Assembly: GCF_024521635.1 (NCBI RefSeq)
Contig: NW_026250403.1
Location: 1,612,001 to 1,676,000, forward strand
Reading direction: 5' to 3'
Length of the DNA: 64,000 bases
From: Tricharina praecox
Taxonomy: Eukaryota
Within the stretch, counting starts at the first letter, position 1. Each line of letters opens with the position of its first letter. Of the stretch, positions 49,926 to 62,000 are shown one piece after another. The translations under genes were made by a program, and so were the position numbers. The notes under the pieces are model-generated. The model saw only the letters and a program-made list of their open reading frames with translations. It was not told the origin of the DNA and did not search any database.

Positions 49926-51109
49926 GACTGCTGGGAGGTCTCGCCGCAATCCTGGTTGCAGTTGTGATAGGTGTGAGTCGGGGTGGTGTTGGTGGGCTGG
50001 GCTGACTCCAGCCGGGCAACGGCTGCTCGGAACGGATTTCGGTTCTTGTTGGGGCAGTGCCTGGCCATGTGGCCACTTCCCCCACAGTACAGGCAGCGGC
50101 CTTCGCGGAGCCGGGCAGCACGCTCTTGGTCTGGGATCCTGCGGCTGTTGGCACTCAAGTCCATGGCTCCGGGGGCCGTTCCTGTGGCAGTGGTCGTCGC
50201 GGGCATGGTGTTGTGGGTGGTGTGCCTGAGCGGCGCCGTCGGGTGTGGGGCGCTACTCTGCCGAGGGGGGTTGGTGGTGCGACGTCCCTCACGAAGTTGG
50301 AGGGCACGCAGCTCGGAGTCAAGGCGTTGACAGAGGGCCACAAACTCATCGTAGTTGAGGCCCTGAGTACGGCCCACAAGTTGCCGGTGGAGTTCGATGG
50401 ATACTCCCTCTCGCAGCGCGTCAAGTTTCGCATGCTCGTCCCAATTGAGCTTGGAGACAAGCATCTGGAATTCCGCAAAGTAGGAGGTGAACTCCTTATT
50501 GCCTTGTTTCAGGTGGTGTAGCTTGGCTCGAGCGGTGGCCGCTGGGTCAGGGTCACCAAATGCGTTGTTCAGGAGTGTGATGATCGCATCAGCGTCGGTG
50601 AGGGTGATGTTGTGATTCTCGATGTACGGCAGGATCTGGGCTTGGGCGCGGCCTTCCAAGCGGTTGAAGGCATAGGCCATTCGGAGTGCTGGAGTTGGGA
50701 AACGGGCTGGGTCGCTGTACAGCTTGAGTCGAAGTTGCGCAACGAACCCTTCCAGTTTCTCGCGTGTTCCGTCGAACATGGCTGGCTCTGGGACACGCTC
50801 AGCGCGGCTTTGAGGTTGGGTTTCGACGGTTGCGAGGCGGTTGGCGATGCGGCGGGCGTCGGCAAGTTGTTCTTCGAGGTCGTCGAATCGCCAGGTCGGT
50901 ACGGCTATTGGGGACTGGGTGATTGCGCGGGCGAGGATTCTGAATTCATTGTACAACCCCATCAGGGTTGCATCATCGGCGGGTACATCATGATTGACGA
51001 TGATTTCGAGTTGTTCGTAGATGGCGGCGGGAATTTCTCGGTAGAAGGGGGGTGCCACTGGTACTTCGTCCTGCTGGGGGACGTCGGGTACCTGAGTGTT
51101 GGTGGCCAT
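49913..51109 (-). CDS. gag: Gag (398 aa) with CCHC zinc knuckle
   Basis: PAMFDGTREKLEGFVAQL, LHHLKQG...YFAEF, AMDLS, CLYCGGSGHMARHC. Confidence 0.93.
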   Translation of the reverse strand: MATNTQVPDVPQQDEVPVAPPFYREIPAAIYEQLEIIVNHDVPADDATLMGLYNEFRILARAITQSPIAVPTWRFDDLEEQLADARRIANRLATVETQPQSRAERVPEPAMFDGTREKLEGFVAQLRLKLYSDPARFPTPALRMAYAFNRLEGRAQAQILPYIENHNITLTDADAIITLLNNAFGDPDPAATARAKLHHLKQGNKEFTSYFAEFQMLVSKLNWDEHAKLDALREGVSIELHRQLVGRTQGLNYDEFVALCQRLDSELRALQLREGRRTTNPPRQSSAPHPTAPLRHTTHNTMPATTTATGTAPGAMDLSANSRRIPDQERAARLREGRCLYCGGSGHMARHCPNKNRNPFRAAVARLESAQPTNTTPTHTYHNCNQDCGETSQQSGKA

Positions 51110-51148
51110 GGTAGTTCGCTAGGTGGAGAGATAGGGGACGCAACAAAG

Positions 51149-51707
51149 TGTAACGGCACGGTCGGGCAAGGCTCCAGGTAGCGAAGTCGGGCTGGGGATC
51201 GGGTTCTGGGTTCAGTAGAGGCAAGACGGGTTCAGGAGACAAGGTGAGGCAGGGCTCAGTGCAGACGGCAACTGAGAACAGAGGCAGGGACAAGGACTAC
51301 GGCGCAGACGGCAGCCGAGGCAAGGACAGAGGTAACAGTGGTTGAATTAACAAGTTGTTGCGTGAAGAACTAAATACAGAGGGGCAACGGCCCGTTTATA
51401 TAGAAAATCCTCCACTTCTTCCCGCAACCTGACAATGACCGTGGGCGTGTGCCAGACCCTGAGAAATCCACCTTGCCAGTACCCCACTTCCGTGACTCAT
51501 ACCCTGCGCAGCCGCACTACCCCTGTTTCCTGCACACAGCCCCAATCTCCTGCGACTCATTGCTGCGCTATCCCTGCTCCCTGCACACAGCCCCAAATCC
51601 TCTGCGACTCATCCTTGCACTGCCGGTGCACTGCCTCTGCACTGCCCCCCAACTCTCCCGATCCTTGTGCCGACCCTCCCTTCGTCATTCCATCGCGAGC
51701 CGTGACA
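51149..51707 (-). repeat. A1 5' LTR (559 bp) with TATA box at 51395-51402
   Basis: TG...CA ends, TATATAAA on the minus strand, 39-nt leader to the gag ATG. Confidence 0.95.
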
Positions 51708-54700
51708 ACGGTACCCACAGTAGCTCACGGTATCACCACAGACCCACCGGAACTACCTTACGCTCTCGCACCAAACGTAGCTCTGGAGGAGCCAGCGGTA
51801 AGCGCGGGGGCCGGCGACATCGTGGCCCGATACGTTACGTCTCCCCAGATCAATGAACACCAGCAGGATGCTAACCAGAGAAAACCCACGGTCAGAATCT
51901 CAGCCCTCCGAATGAAGTCTTTCCAGCAGATGGCAGGAAAGGAGAACCTCACCATCTTCACCACGACCCTGAGGGAGATCAATGAAGTTCTATCTGAAGA
52001 AAAATAGAGCTCAACCGCCCACATTCCCCCCGAATATCACGAATTTCTCCACCTCTTCTCCGAAAGGTTGGCGCAGAACCTACCACCCCATCGGCAATAC
52101 GACCACAAGATCCCACTAAAGGAAGGATTTGTGCCCCCTTACGGACCCCTCTATTCGCTCTCGAAAACCGAGCTGGTCGCACTCAAGGAATGGCTTGACG
52201 ACAATCTGAGCAAGGGATTTATCCGTGCGTCCTCATCACCAGCGGCATCACCGATCCTGTTTGTCAAAAAACCGGACGGCTCCTTGCGACTGTGTGTGGA
52301 CTATCGAGGCCTGAACGAAGGAACCATCAAGAACCGCTACCCACTTCCCCTGCTCCAGGAAACCTTGATGCGACTGTCCGGTGCAAAGTATTTTACAACA
52401 CTGGATATCCGCGGTGCTTACAACCTGGTACGAATGGCAGAAGGGGAGGAATGGAAAACGGCCTTCCGGACCCGCTACGGACTTTTCGAATCATTGGTAA
52501 TGCCTTTCGGGCTAACCAACGCGCCAGCCGACTTCCAAGCCCTGATCAACGACGTTTTACGACCGTTCCTGGACGGCTTCTGTACCGCCTTCCTAGATGA
52601 CGTCTTTATCTACAGCGCGTCACTGGAAGAACACCGAAAACAGGTCACCAAAGTGCTACGCGCCCTTTCATCGGCCGGACTGCATTTAAAACCGGAGAAA
52701 TGCCACTTCCACCAGACAGAGGTCAAATACCTGGGCCTGATCATAACCACGGAGGGTATTAAGATGGATCCTGCCAAAGTCTCTTGCGTACTCGAATGGG
52801 AAAAACCGACGACGGTAACGGATGTGCAGTGTTTCTTGGGCTTTGCGAACTTCTACCGACGCTTTATCCAGGACTACTCTAAGGTGGTATCTCCCCTGAC
52901 GGCAATGACAAAAAAAGGAAAATGGGAAGTACGTCCCCTTCGAATGGGGTATTGACCAACAGCAAGCCTTCGACACTCTCAAGACTGCCTTCACTAGCGC
53001 CCCGATCCTCCGACATTTCGACTACGACCAAGAAATAGTGGTGGAAACTGATGCCTCGGATTACGTATCGGCCGGTATCCTCTCCCAGTATGACGACGAT
53101 GGAATCTTGCATCCAGTTGCCTTCTATTCAAAGAAACACTCCCCGGCGGAATGCAATTACGAAATCTACGACAAAGAATTATTGGCGATTGTTCGGGCCT
53201 TTGAAGAATGGAGACCACACCTTGAAGGAGCCGCGCACCCGATCCAAGTTCTGAGCGACCACAAGAACCTGGAATACTTCATGTCAACCAAGTTGCTCAA
53301 CCGCCGGCAAGCACGATGGTCGGAATTCCTGTCCCGTTTCGACTTCAAAATCGTCTACCGACCTGGTAAAGCAGGAGGGAAACCGGATGCATTGACAAGG
53401 AGGTCCGGAGACCTCCCTAAGGAGGGGGATGAAAGACTGCTGGCGAACCAACAAGCAGTCCTCAAGCCCCAAAACCTGCCAGAAGAATTGAGATTGTCAG
53501 CAACCAACCCGTTGGAAGTACCCCGTCCCGCACTCTCTACCCTGATAACCAAAGCATATCAGGCAGATCCAGTGCCGAACAAGATCCTCCAACTGCTCAG
53601 AAACGGAACACGCCACTCAAAGGACATCTCGCTCGCCGACTGCAGCGAAGTCAACGGACAATTACATTACCACGATTGCCTCTACGTTCCTGAACACGAC
53701 CCACTCAGACTTCGCCTGATCCAGGACCACCACGGCCCGCCGGCTATGGGCCATCCCGGAAGAGCAAAAACCTTGGAACTCCTGGCCCGGAACTACTACT
53801 GGCCCCAGATGCGGAAGGACGTTGACCGATTCGTGAGGAACTGCCACACTTGCAGACGAACCAAAGCAACAAGACACGCCCCCTACGGTGTGCTCCGCCC
53901 ACTCTCAGTACCCGAGAAACCCTGGCAACATATATCCGTCGACTTCGTAACCGGACTCCCTCCCTCAAAAGGATTCGATGCCATTTGCGTATTTGTGGAC
54001 CGCCTCACCAAGCAACGACACCTGCTCCCCTGCAACACGACCATCACCTCCGAGGGACTCGCCGAACTATTCTGCGATCGGATCTTCAGATACCACGGAC
54101 TACCCAACACCATCGTATCGGACCGGGGCCCCCAGTTTGCCTCACGATTTTGGAAACATCTATGCTCTTGCCTCAAGATCGACGCACGGCTCTCCACGGC
54201 GTTCCACCCGCAGACAGACGGTCAAACAGAGAGGATGAATGCGGTAATGGAACAACACCTCCGGGCATACGTGAGCTACCTGCAGGACGACTGGGTCGAC
54301 TACCTATTCTTAGCAGAGTTCGCTGGCAACAACCAGGCATCCGACACCACTACCCTGTCCCCGTTTTTTGCTAACCTAGGCTACCACCCCCGTTGCGACT
54401 TCGAGCTTGACATCCGAACCGACACGAACGAAGAGCGACAGGCGCAGACAGCGGCAGAGCGACTCCAACAGATCCACGTCGTTGCCCGAAGTGAGATGCG
54501 CTACGCCCAAGCACGGCAGCAGGACGACACGGACCGGCACCGAACCCCCGCACCGGCCTTCCAGCCTGGAGACATGGTATGGGTGGACGGCCGAAACTGG
54601 CGGACGGAGCGACCAAGCCGAAAACTGGAAAACAAACACCACGGACCCTATCGGATTACCCGAGCCATCGGAACCCACGCATACGAACTGGACATCCCGA

Positions 54701-55537
54701 ACACCATCCAAAAGCACCGCACCTTCTCAGTGTCCCTCCTCCATGCATCGGCCGACGACCCCCTCCCCGGCCAGATCCTGCCGCCACCGTTACCGGTAAT
54801 TGTGAACGACCAAGAAGAATGGGAGGTGGAGGAAATGCTGGACAGCAGAACGCTGAGGGGAAGACTCCAGTACCTAGTCAAGTGGAGGGGTTTCACGGCA
54901 CCGACGTGGGAACCTGAGGAGAACCTTGTGGACGTACAGGCATTGGACGACTTCCACCAACGGTACCCAACGAAGCCTGGACCAGTTCAACTTGCTCTCG
55001 TGGGAACTCGAGCCTTAGGAGGGGCTACTGTCACGGCTCGCGACGGGACGTTCGAGGAAGAGTCGGAACAGGGGTGGGAAGGCAGCGCGGGGGCAGTGCA
55101 AGGGGCTGCGCGGGCGGCAATGCAGGAATGAGCCGGAGGAATTGGGGCTGTGTGCAGTAAGCAGGGGTAGTGCGGCTGCGCAGGGTATGAGTCACGGAAG
55201 TGGGGTACTGGCAAGGTGGATTTCTCAGGGTCTGGCACACGCCCACGGTCATTGTCAGGTTGCGGGAAGAAGTGGAGGATTTTCTATATAAACGGGCCGT
55301 TGCCCCTCTGTATTTAGTTCTTCACGCAACAACTTGTTAATTCAATCACTGTTACCTCTGTCCTTGCCTCGGCTGCCGTCTGCGCTGTAGTCCTTGTCCC
55401 TGTCTCTGTTCTCAGTTGCCGTCCGCACTGAGCCTGCCTCACCTTGTCCTCTGAACCTGTCTTGTCTCTGCCGTACCTAGAACCCGATTCCGAGCCCGAC
55501 TTCGCTACCTGGAGCCTTGCCCGACCGTGCCGTTACA
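51708..55537 (+). mobile_element. 5'-truncated family A sister element (A2): disrupted pol plus 509-bp 3' LTR (55029-55537)
   Basis: RT/RH/IN/chromodomain protein highly similar to A1. In-frame TAG at 52005 and an extra A in the A7 run 52910-52916. PPT AGGAGGGGCTAC precedes TGTCAC at 55029. Confidence 0.93.
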
Positions 55538-55858
55538 CCGGCAGAGTTCTTCGCTCAAAGTTCTCTGCCCCCATCGGTCGATGTTCGATTCTCTCGTCAT
55601 AACAGTTTTTCCCTGGATCGGAGTTCCTACTGCGGGGCCCTATGAACGGAGATCTCAAAGTCCTCTGGACTGTTATCCCGATCTCCCGCATCTCCGATCA
55701 CTGTCTAGACTCTGGAATCCGTTTGCTCCCTCCTTCCTATCTTGTCCTCGATCGCTTCTAACTATCCTTTCGGCTCGCAACTCTATTCTAATCACCCGAA
55801 CTATCTAATCACATCTCTTGCGACCGTGGTGACCTCAGATACCTATCGGGGTGTCACA
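55538..55858 (-). mobile_element. Family C LTR, U3-side 321 bp
   Basis: Aligns to 44575-44895 with about 6 mismatches. Ends GTGTCACA. Confidence 0.92.
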
Positions 55859-56097
55859 CCTCTGTATTTAGTTCTTCACGCAACAACTTGTTAATTCAAC
55901 AACTGTTACCTCTGTCCTTGCCTTGGCTACCGTCTGCACCGTAGTTCCTGTCTCCACCCTTGCTCCTCAGTTGCCGTCTGCACTGAGCCCTGTCCTGCCT
56001 AGTCTTTCCGCCTCGTCGCGCCCTTCTGCAGCCCAGTTCCTGTCTATCTGTCCAACCGTCTTCGCTACCTGCAACCCAGCCCAACCGTGCTGTTACA
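55859..56097 (+). mobile_element. Diverged family A LTR R/U5 fragment
   Basis: cctctgtatttagttcttcacgcaacaac... as at 55305. Ends CCGTGCTGTTACA. Confidence 0.85.
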
Positions 56098-56271
56098 GCC
56101 CGGCCGTGCTGTTAGAGTATCGGACTTCACCGTGCATCACCCATATCGCCAATCGCTGTTTAGACTCTGGATCCCGTTTGCTCACTCCTGTCCAACTGGT
56201 CTCTATGCTATGACTATGTTTTCCTGTGTTCTGATCACTTCCAAATGAACCGCTCTTGCTATGACTACCCG
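56098..56271. mobile_element. Short A-like terminus (56098-56116) plus diverged C-like LTR remnant
   Basis: cccggccgtgctgttaga resembles the A U5 end. tagactctggatcccgtttgctc resembles the C LTR at 44744-44766. Confidence 0.55.
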
Positions 56272-56408
56272 TGTCACAGTTCAGAAATCCTGGCCTTAAG
56301 TAGCTACTGGGATGATGGCCTTCTGCCATCAAAATATCTTTTGGCCGAGTGGTATAGTACTATCCGAGTGTACTTTATTACAACCGGAGAGTTTATCCGG
56401 GTGTCACA
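56272..56408 (-). mobile_element. Old LTR remnant, family D (right copy)
   Basis: Direct repeat of 43751-43862, bounded by TGTCAC...GTGTCACA. Confidence 0.65.
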
Positions 56409-57956
56409 GGAAACTGGTGGTCCGAAACTGCATCTTAATGTTTTGTGATTGATTGGAAATGCGGTTGACACTCAAGCTGGGTCTAAGGGAAGTACCTACA
56501 TGGAAGTACACAGAAGTACATTGTTGATTGGGATCCACCTCCAAAAATGCTACTGATTTTACTGACTCGAGTGACGTAAAGTGACGCGGCAAGTCTCCGG
56601 GCTGGTCGATCAGGCTGGTCCCCTCCCCCGCCACGGCGACGGTCACTAGCGGTGTGGAGCATGGATGTGAGCAGAGCCTCCAGCAGTTATGTTGGTTCAA
56701 CTGGTTGAGCTAACGAACTGGTTCAGTTGCTGGGTAGGTATGTAGATTGTAGCCTTGTAGCCTTGTAGCCTTGTAGCCTTGTAGGCAGTTCAGTTTGGTT
56801 GGTTTTTTCCAGGAGGCAGATTTTTTAGTTGGTGCGGTTTACTCTTGATTTGATTTGTATGTAACTCAAGTAGTTTAAATTGTTGAACTGTTACATTGTG
56901 TACACTGGCGGTTGGAAAGAGGACTTGGAGGGCTTGTCGGTAGTTATCCGCCAGACGGCATGGCCTCTGTCCTTTGTCCTTCGACTCCACAGTCTCGGCC
57001 GAAAACTCGCCCGATTCCAACTTCTAACTTCCAACTTCCAACTTCCAACTGTTGTCGGGGAAGGGTGTGAGATATGGAGCAGGAGAAGGTGAGGGGAAGG
57101 GAAAGGAAGAGGGAGGCGTGGAGGGGAGGCGAAGGGGGCGAGGTAAAGCCGAAGCCTCGGGTTACAACTTACAGGCATGAAGCATTCCTCCCCGGGGGTT
57201 CTCCGCACTATCTGTCTGGCTGTCGCATCTGGTCTCGGTCATGGACCCTTTTATACCCCGCACCTCGGCGCACAGACGGTTAGAGAGTGACTCTCCCCTC
57301 TCCCGTCAGCGGCGCGATAATCGACCGGCATTTCTGTCCGTTCTGATCGACTGGTTCACTCCCAAACTCGGCCCTGCGCGTCTGCACTGTATCCTCCGAC
57401 GTGACCCTCCGAGCGGCCGGGACTATCATGGGGCCGGGAGTACTTACGGTACTATATATGTAACTGCCTCGCTCTAGGACTCGGGACTCAGGAGTGGCGA
57501 GGGATGAGGTTGAAGTTGAAAGTAGAATTTTTATTATAGTGCTTTGCTTTAGTTGAGCCTGGGAGATCGCGGAGGTAGACTTAGCTATCACCGTCCATAC
57601 AGTCGTCTTGGTGGACTCACTCGGTCACTGGTAGTCACACGGTTGAAGTCACTGAGCTTGCGAGGTGATCAAGAGCATCGTTTTTTTCTCGTTCTAGATG
57701 TAGGATAGAAGAAGAAGAAGAAACATAGTGTAAGATATCTAAACCCAAAGAAGCAAAGATAAAGAGAAAGACCAAAGAAATCCTTGCCCCACAGTCCATC
57801 CATAGCTCCCTCCCTCCCTCCAAAAATAACCAGCAAATATCCTCCGCCAACACACAAAATATGCAATATTAACGCCAAATGCTAATGCAGAGCAAACGAA
57901 TCATCCCAGGTAAATAGGCAACAACAAAAGAAATTCCCGCTGCGCCTCGCGCAGTT

Positions 57957-59068
57957 CTACCTGTGTTCTACCATCTCGACGTCGGATGCATCGCCGGCCA
58001 ACTTCTCGTTTGCGCGCACGTTCCAGGCCTCCTGCAGACAGAACCCGGGGTGGAACACGTTCATGGACAGGACCGCAGCGATAACCATGATTCCCTCCAG
58101 GACGAAAAAGTAGGTCTCGTTGGCTGTGTTCTCAGTTAGTTATTGGACGGAAGTATATCGTGTGTAGAGAAAGGGAGAAACCAACCGACTAACGCTCCAT
58201 GCCATCCCTGGCTCAACTCGATCAGACGGTAGATACTCCTGATCTGGATGCATACGGTGGCGAAAGCGATCATTCCCAAGAAGCCCTTGAAGCGCCTGGT
58301 ATCACGGAGGTGGGCAAAGGTCGGGTTCAGCTGGCGGCCGCTGGTGATGACGCGGTAGGCATACTCGCCACAGAGGATCATGAACAGCGTCAGGGTGAAA
58401 ACCTGGAAGGCAAGACCGGCCACCATGATGTTGGTGCCGGCTGTCGCTGAGCCGCCGTCTTGCGTACTGACACTGGCCATGCCTCCGCCGGCTCCTTGGA
58501 GAACGAGAGAGAGGAAGTCGCAGCAGATGAAGATCTGGGTGTAACGGATAGGCTGGAGGCGGGATATGTCGGCGCCGTAGATTGAGACACTGGGGGAGTG
58601 GGTTAGTTGCTTGATCGAACGAGGACTAGGGAAAGGAGGAGAAGAGCGTACATCCTAGAGAGGCAAAGGTAGATTCCAGCGGCGAAGAAGGCGGGGCCAA
58701 AAGTGAGGCAGCAGATCTGGATGAGGAAGGGATTCATACTGAAAGGATCGTTATGTGCCATTACTCGGCCCATGTACCCCAAGATCTCGCCTGAAGAAAC
58801 ACCGGAATATTAGCCAGTCCACCAAGATAAACAGCAGCAGCAGCAGCAGGACGTAAGGGAGCATACAGATGTTTCCAAGAACCATAGCAATGGCAAAAGT
58901 CCATGTCCGAAACCAAACTCCCTGCCCAACGAAGAGAACGAGTGACACGGCAAAAAAAGCCAGTAAAAGGGAATTGAGCGGAAGAGAAGGAAGGTAGTCG
59001 AAGTAAGATGCGTCGATGGGACAGGTCTCCTTCGTGCAGACGAAGTCGAGGGCTGTTCTGTTCGACAT
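57957..59068 (-). CDS. RTA1/Rsb1-family 7-TM lipid-translocating exporter, 4 exons
   Basis: CTKETCPIDAS.FDYLPSL, EILGYMGR, QICCLTFGPAFFAAGIYLCLSR, FICCDFLSLVLQGAGGGMAS, IMVAGLAFQV, IRSIYRLIELSQGW, FFVLEG, FHPG. Confidence 0.92.
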
Positions 59069-62000
59069 TGCTGCTGCTGTTGTTTGTAATAAGGCTGTAG
59101 GATGTAGGCAGCAGGCTGATGTGGGTAAACAATGCGGCTCGGAGGAACCAAGATACCGATTGGACGAAACCCTGACGGGGGAACCGTTCAAGATATAAGC
59201 AACGGGATCTCACGAAACGAAAGCGAGTAAAGTTTAGAGTCTGCGAGTGGGGCAGTAGGAATAAGCTTAAGCTGCTGAGTGGAGATGGTGGTAATGGCGA
59301 TGTCTGTGTGAGATTTTTATTTTCCTGGGGAGCGAAGTACCATATGGTATATAAAGTCCGTCTCGGAGGGTTTGATTGTCCGTGTGCGTCGCTTGCAGTT
59401 GCACATACAGCATCCTCGGAGGCGCAGTTCCACCTTGCTCGCTTCGGCTTACGCGACTAGAGCTGCAGAACTGCAGAACTGCATTGCCAGTAGGAATTGT
59501 CCAGCAGTGGGGTCATAGGTAATCATGGTCACATCGCATCTTTTTTTGGAGATCATGGTGCTTGCGCCGTGCGCTGTGCGCCATTCACCTAGCTAGGCTT
59601 CCCCGCTGCGGCTCAGCAAACCGCAAGGCCCGCAGCTCCCAAAACCTCGAGTTACGGCGATTAAAAGTGAGAATCGGTGAGACTCGTCTGTTTGGAGGAG
59701 AATTCAACCAGCGAGGCCCGCCTGTTCGGCGGAGAGTTCACCCCACGGGTGTTGAAGTTCTCGCCAATTCTCCAGTAGTTTTAGCTATGGTTGGATTATT
59801 GGTTGGATTCATACGCATCGTCGGAGTCCGAAAGTCCCGGCCCGACTGCAAACTAGGGCCAATCTCCCCGCGTACGAGGGACCCTAGGCAGCGCCGAACG
59901 ACTGGGTGGGCTTTTTCGTTTCGCAGTTGGCCTGCAGAGCAATGCCTGGGTGCCAAGTTGCCAACCCACAGCCCAGTGCTTATCTTATCGTTGCTGCTGT
60001 CGCCGGAGCCGGCGGCCGGGCTCGCTCCGGGCTCAATAAGTACTGGTACCTAGTCAGGGCCATGCCCGGACGGCATCATTGGCCAGTCCCGTTTGGTGCT
60101 GATGATGGTGATACGAGATGTACAGGGTGCCGGCATGTATGTACAATATACTACCTATACATCGAACGCGTGTCGTGACGCCGTCGACTCTACTCGGATC
60201 TACGTGGCTGACGATTCGCAGATGTTTTCTTTTCCGCACTTGTGGTGGGTTGTGTGTTGTGTGATGGACATACGGCTTCGATTCGTTTTCGCTCTTACTA
60301 CTATGTACTCTACCTAGTACTCTGCACACCTGCGAAGTGCACGGACGATGATACCCGGCATTTCGGCGCGGACCCGCCTACTCCATCCATCGACTCAGAT
60401 ATATCGCTATTGAGATTTACAGTGGATGCGATCGCAGTGAATAGATGGACAATGGAACACCCAACAGCCATCGCACCGAATCCCGAATCATTGGTAAGTA
60501 TAGAGCATACCCGTACTGTAGTAAGTATATTCCCTCGGTTTATTCCCAGTCTCACCGTGAGTACTCCGGTTACGTATAGATGGCTAACAGAGACATTAGA
60601 TTAAAGGCGGGGGAACTTTCGCGCAGCAAAGCCTACGTCTATCCAAGTATGATATGCATACGAGAAGCGCAGTTGTGCAGAAAGGCGATCTCGTGGGAGC
60701 AGTGCCCCCCGATCGGATCGTCCGGACCATGCTCAGGCGCCACACAAGCCTACCCTGCAGCCTCACAAGGCTGAGCCGCGCCCTTGGATTTAGCCACACC
60801 CCGCCGGAATAATCCAATCGACTGCCTACATCCTACGTCGACGTTGGATGACGATTTGCAGCGGCAACATCTGAGCCACTCCTCTCGTATCGACACTTTT
60901 TGTTTCTGGAAGAGCTGTTGTTGATCACTGTATTTTGGGAAAGAAGAAAGTGCTGTTGAAGCTTTCATTCGACTCGGAGACGCCCGTTTAACTGGCGCGC
61001 GCGGCTCATGCACAGCAACAGCCACAACACACCTTTGGCTCGAACACCGCATGGCGATATCTGAAGATGATGCCAGCTCTGGACGGTAAGGTCGATTCCC
61101 CTTTAGTCTCTAACCTGGTGGCCCCTCACCTGTTGTCAGCAGCCACACTGCACGGCACATCGTGAGCCCGTGGGCGCAGTTGATGACAAGGTGATGCACA
61201 CGGCGCCTTCCCCTTATGGTTCCTATCCAAGCGATGAATTGCGATACTCATGCACCATGCATTGGCCTCCGCGTACGTGTATCATCAATATCGCTTCACG
61301 TCGGCCACAAAATGCGTCGCAAGCCCGACCATTTACACATTGAAGATACTGGTTTTCACATCCACAGGCTTCAATCCAAAACGTTTGGCCGGGTATTTCG
61401 GCACATTTAACGACTGCATGGTGTAGGAGAATCTGCGCTGCTGTGGAAAGGGAGACTCGGCCCCACAGTTTTGGCACGGGATGACCCCGTCACGGAGGCT
61501 CTCCGTGAGCGAGTGAGCGAAACGCAGCTTTCCCCTGTCTCCATGAGATTTCTTTGAATACAAAATCCTCCCTCCTTCGCTAGAGATAGGTACGGGAGCA
61601 ACAACTACCGCTGGCAAGCTCGAGGGGGGACGGGGGGCGGGCTAAGCCTATCCTATCAATGCGAACCATGGGTTATGTATGGTAGAGTGCTTCACTCGTA
61701 TTTCCAACGAACCCTCCCCCGCGCAGACGGGACAATAGTCCTCCGGTCGGTAGCCGACTTACGCCGTCGAGTTGGACTGGAGGACTGGAGTATACAAGGG
61801 GACATAGGTATCATTGCAGCGAGCGGTTCGAATGGCTGCGAAGCGGTTCCCTAAAGACGGCGACGGTGGCACTCGAATTGTTGGCAATATCTGAGAGTCT
61901 TCCATCTTTGCTGAGACGGCCAGACAGATGTCGAACTTCAGTCTCCAGACTCACTCGCGGGCTGTGGAGCCGAAACCAAACGCCGCGGAGCAGTGGCCGT

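Larger units (their letters stand above)
45515..51707 (-). mobile_element. Near-complete Ty3/gypsy chromoviral LTR retrotransposon (family A, copy A1), 6193 bp
   Basis: Two 559-bp TG...CA LTRs, gag, PR-RT-RH-IN-chromodomain order, PPT next to the 3' LTR. No matching TSD (ggtgc vs acggt). Confidence 0.96.

Noticed and set aside
44206..55858. A single family C element with A elements simply nested inside
   Set aside because: Flanks do not form a TSD, they lie in oppositely oriented A LTRs, and nearly all C internal sequence is missing.
43751..56408. Centromere
   Set aside because: Short, GC-rich and closely flanked by genes. Cannot be supported without CenH3 data.
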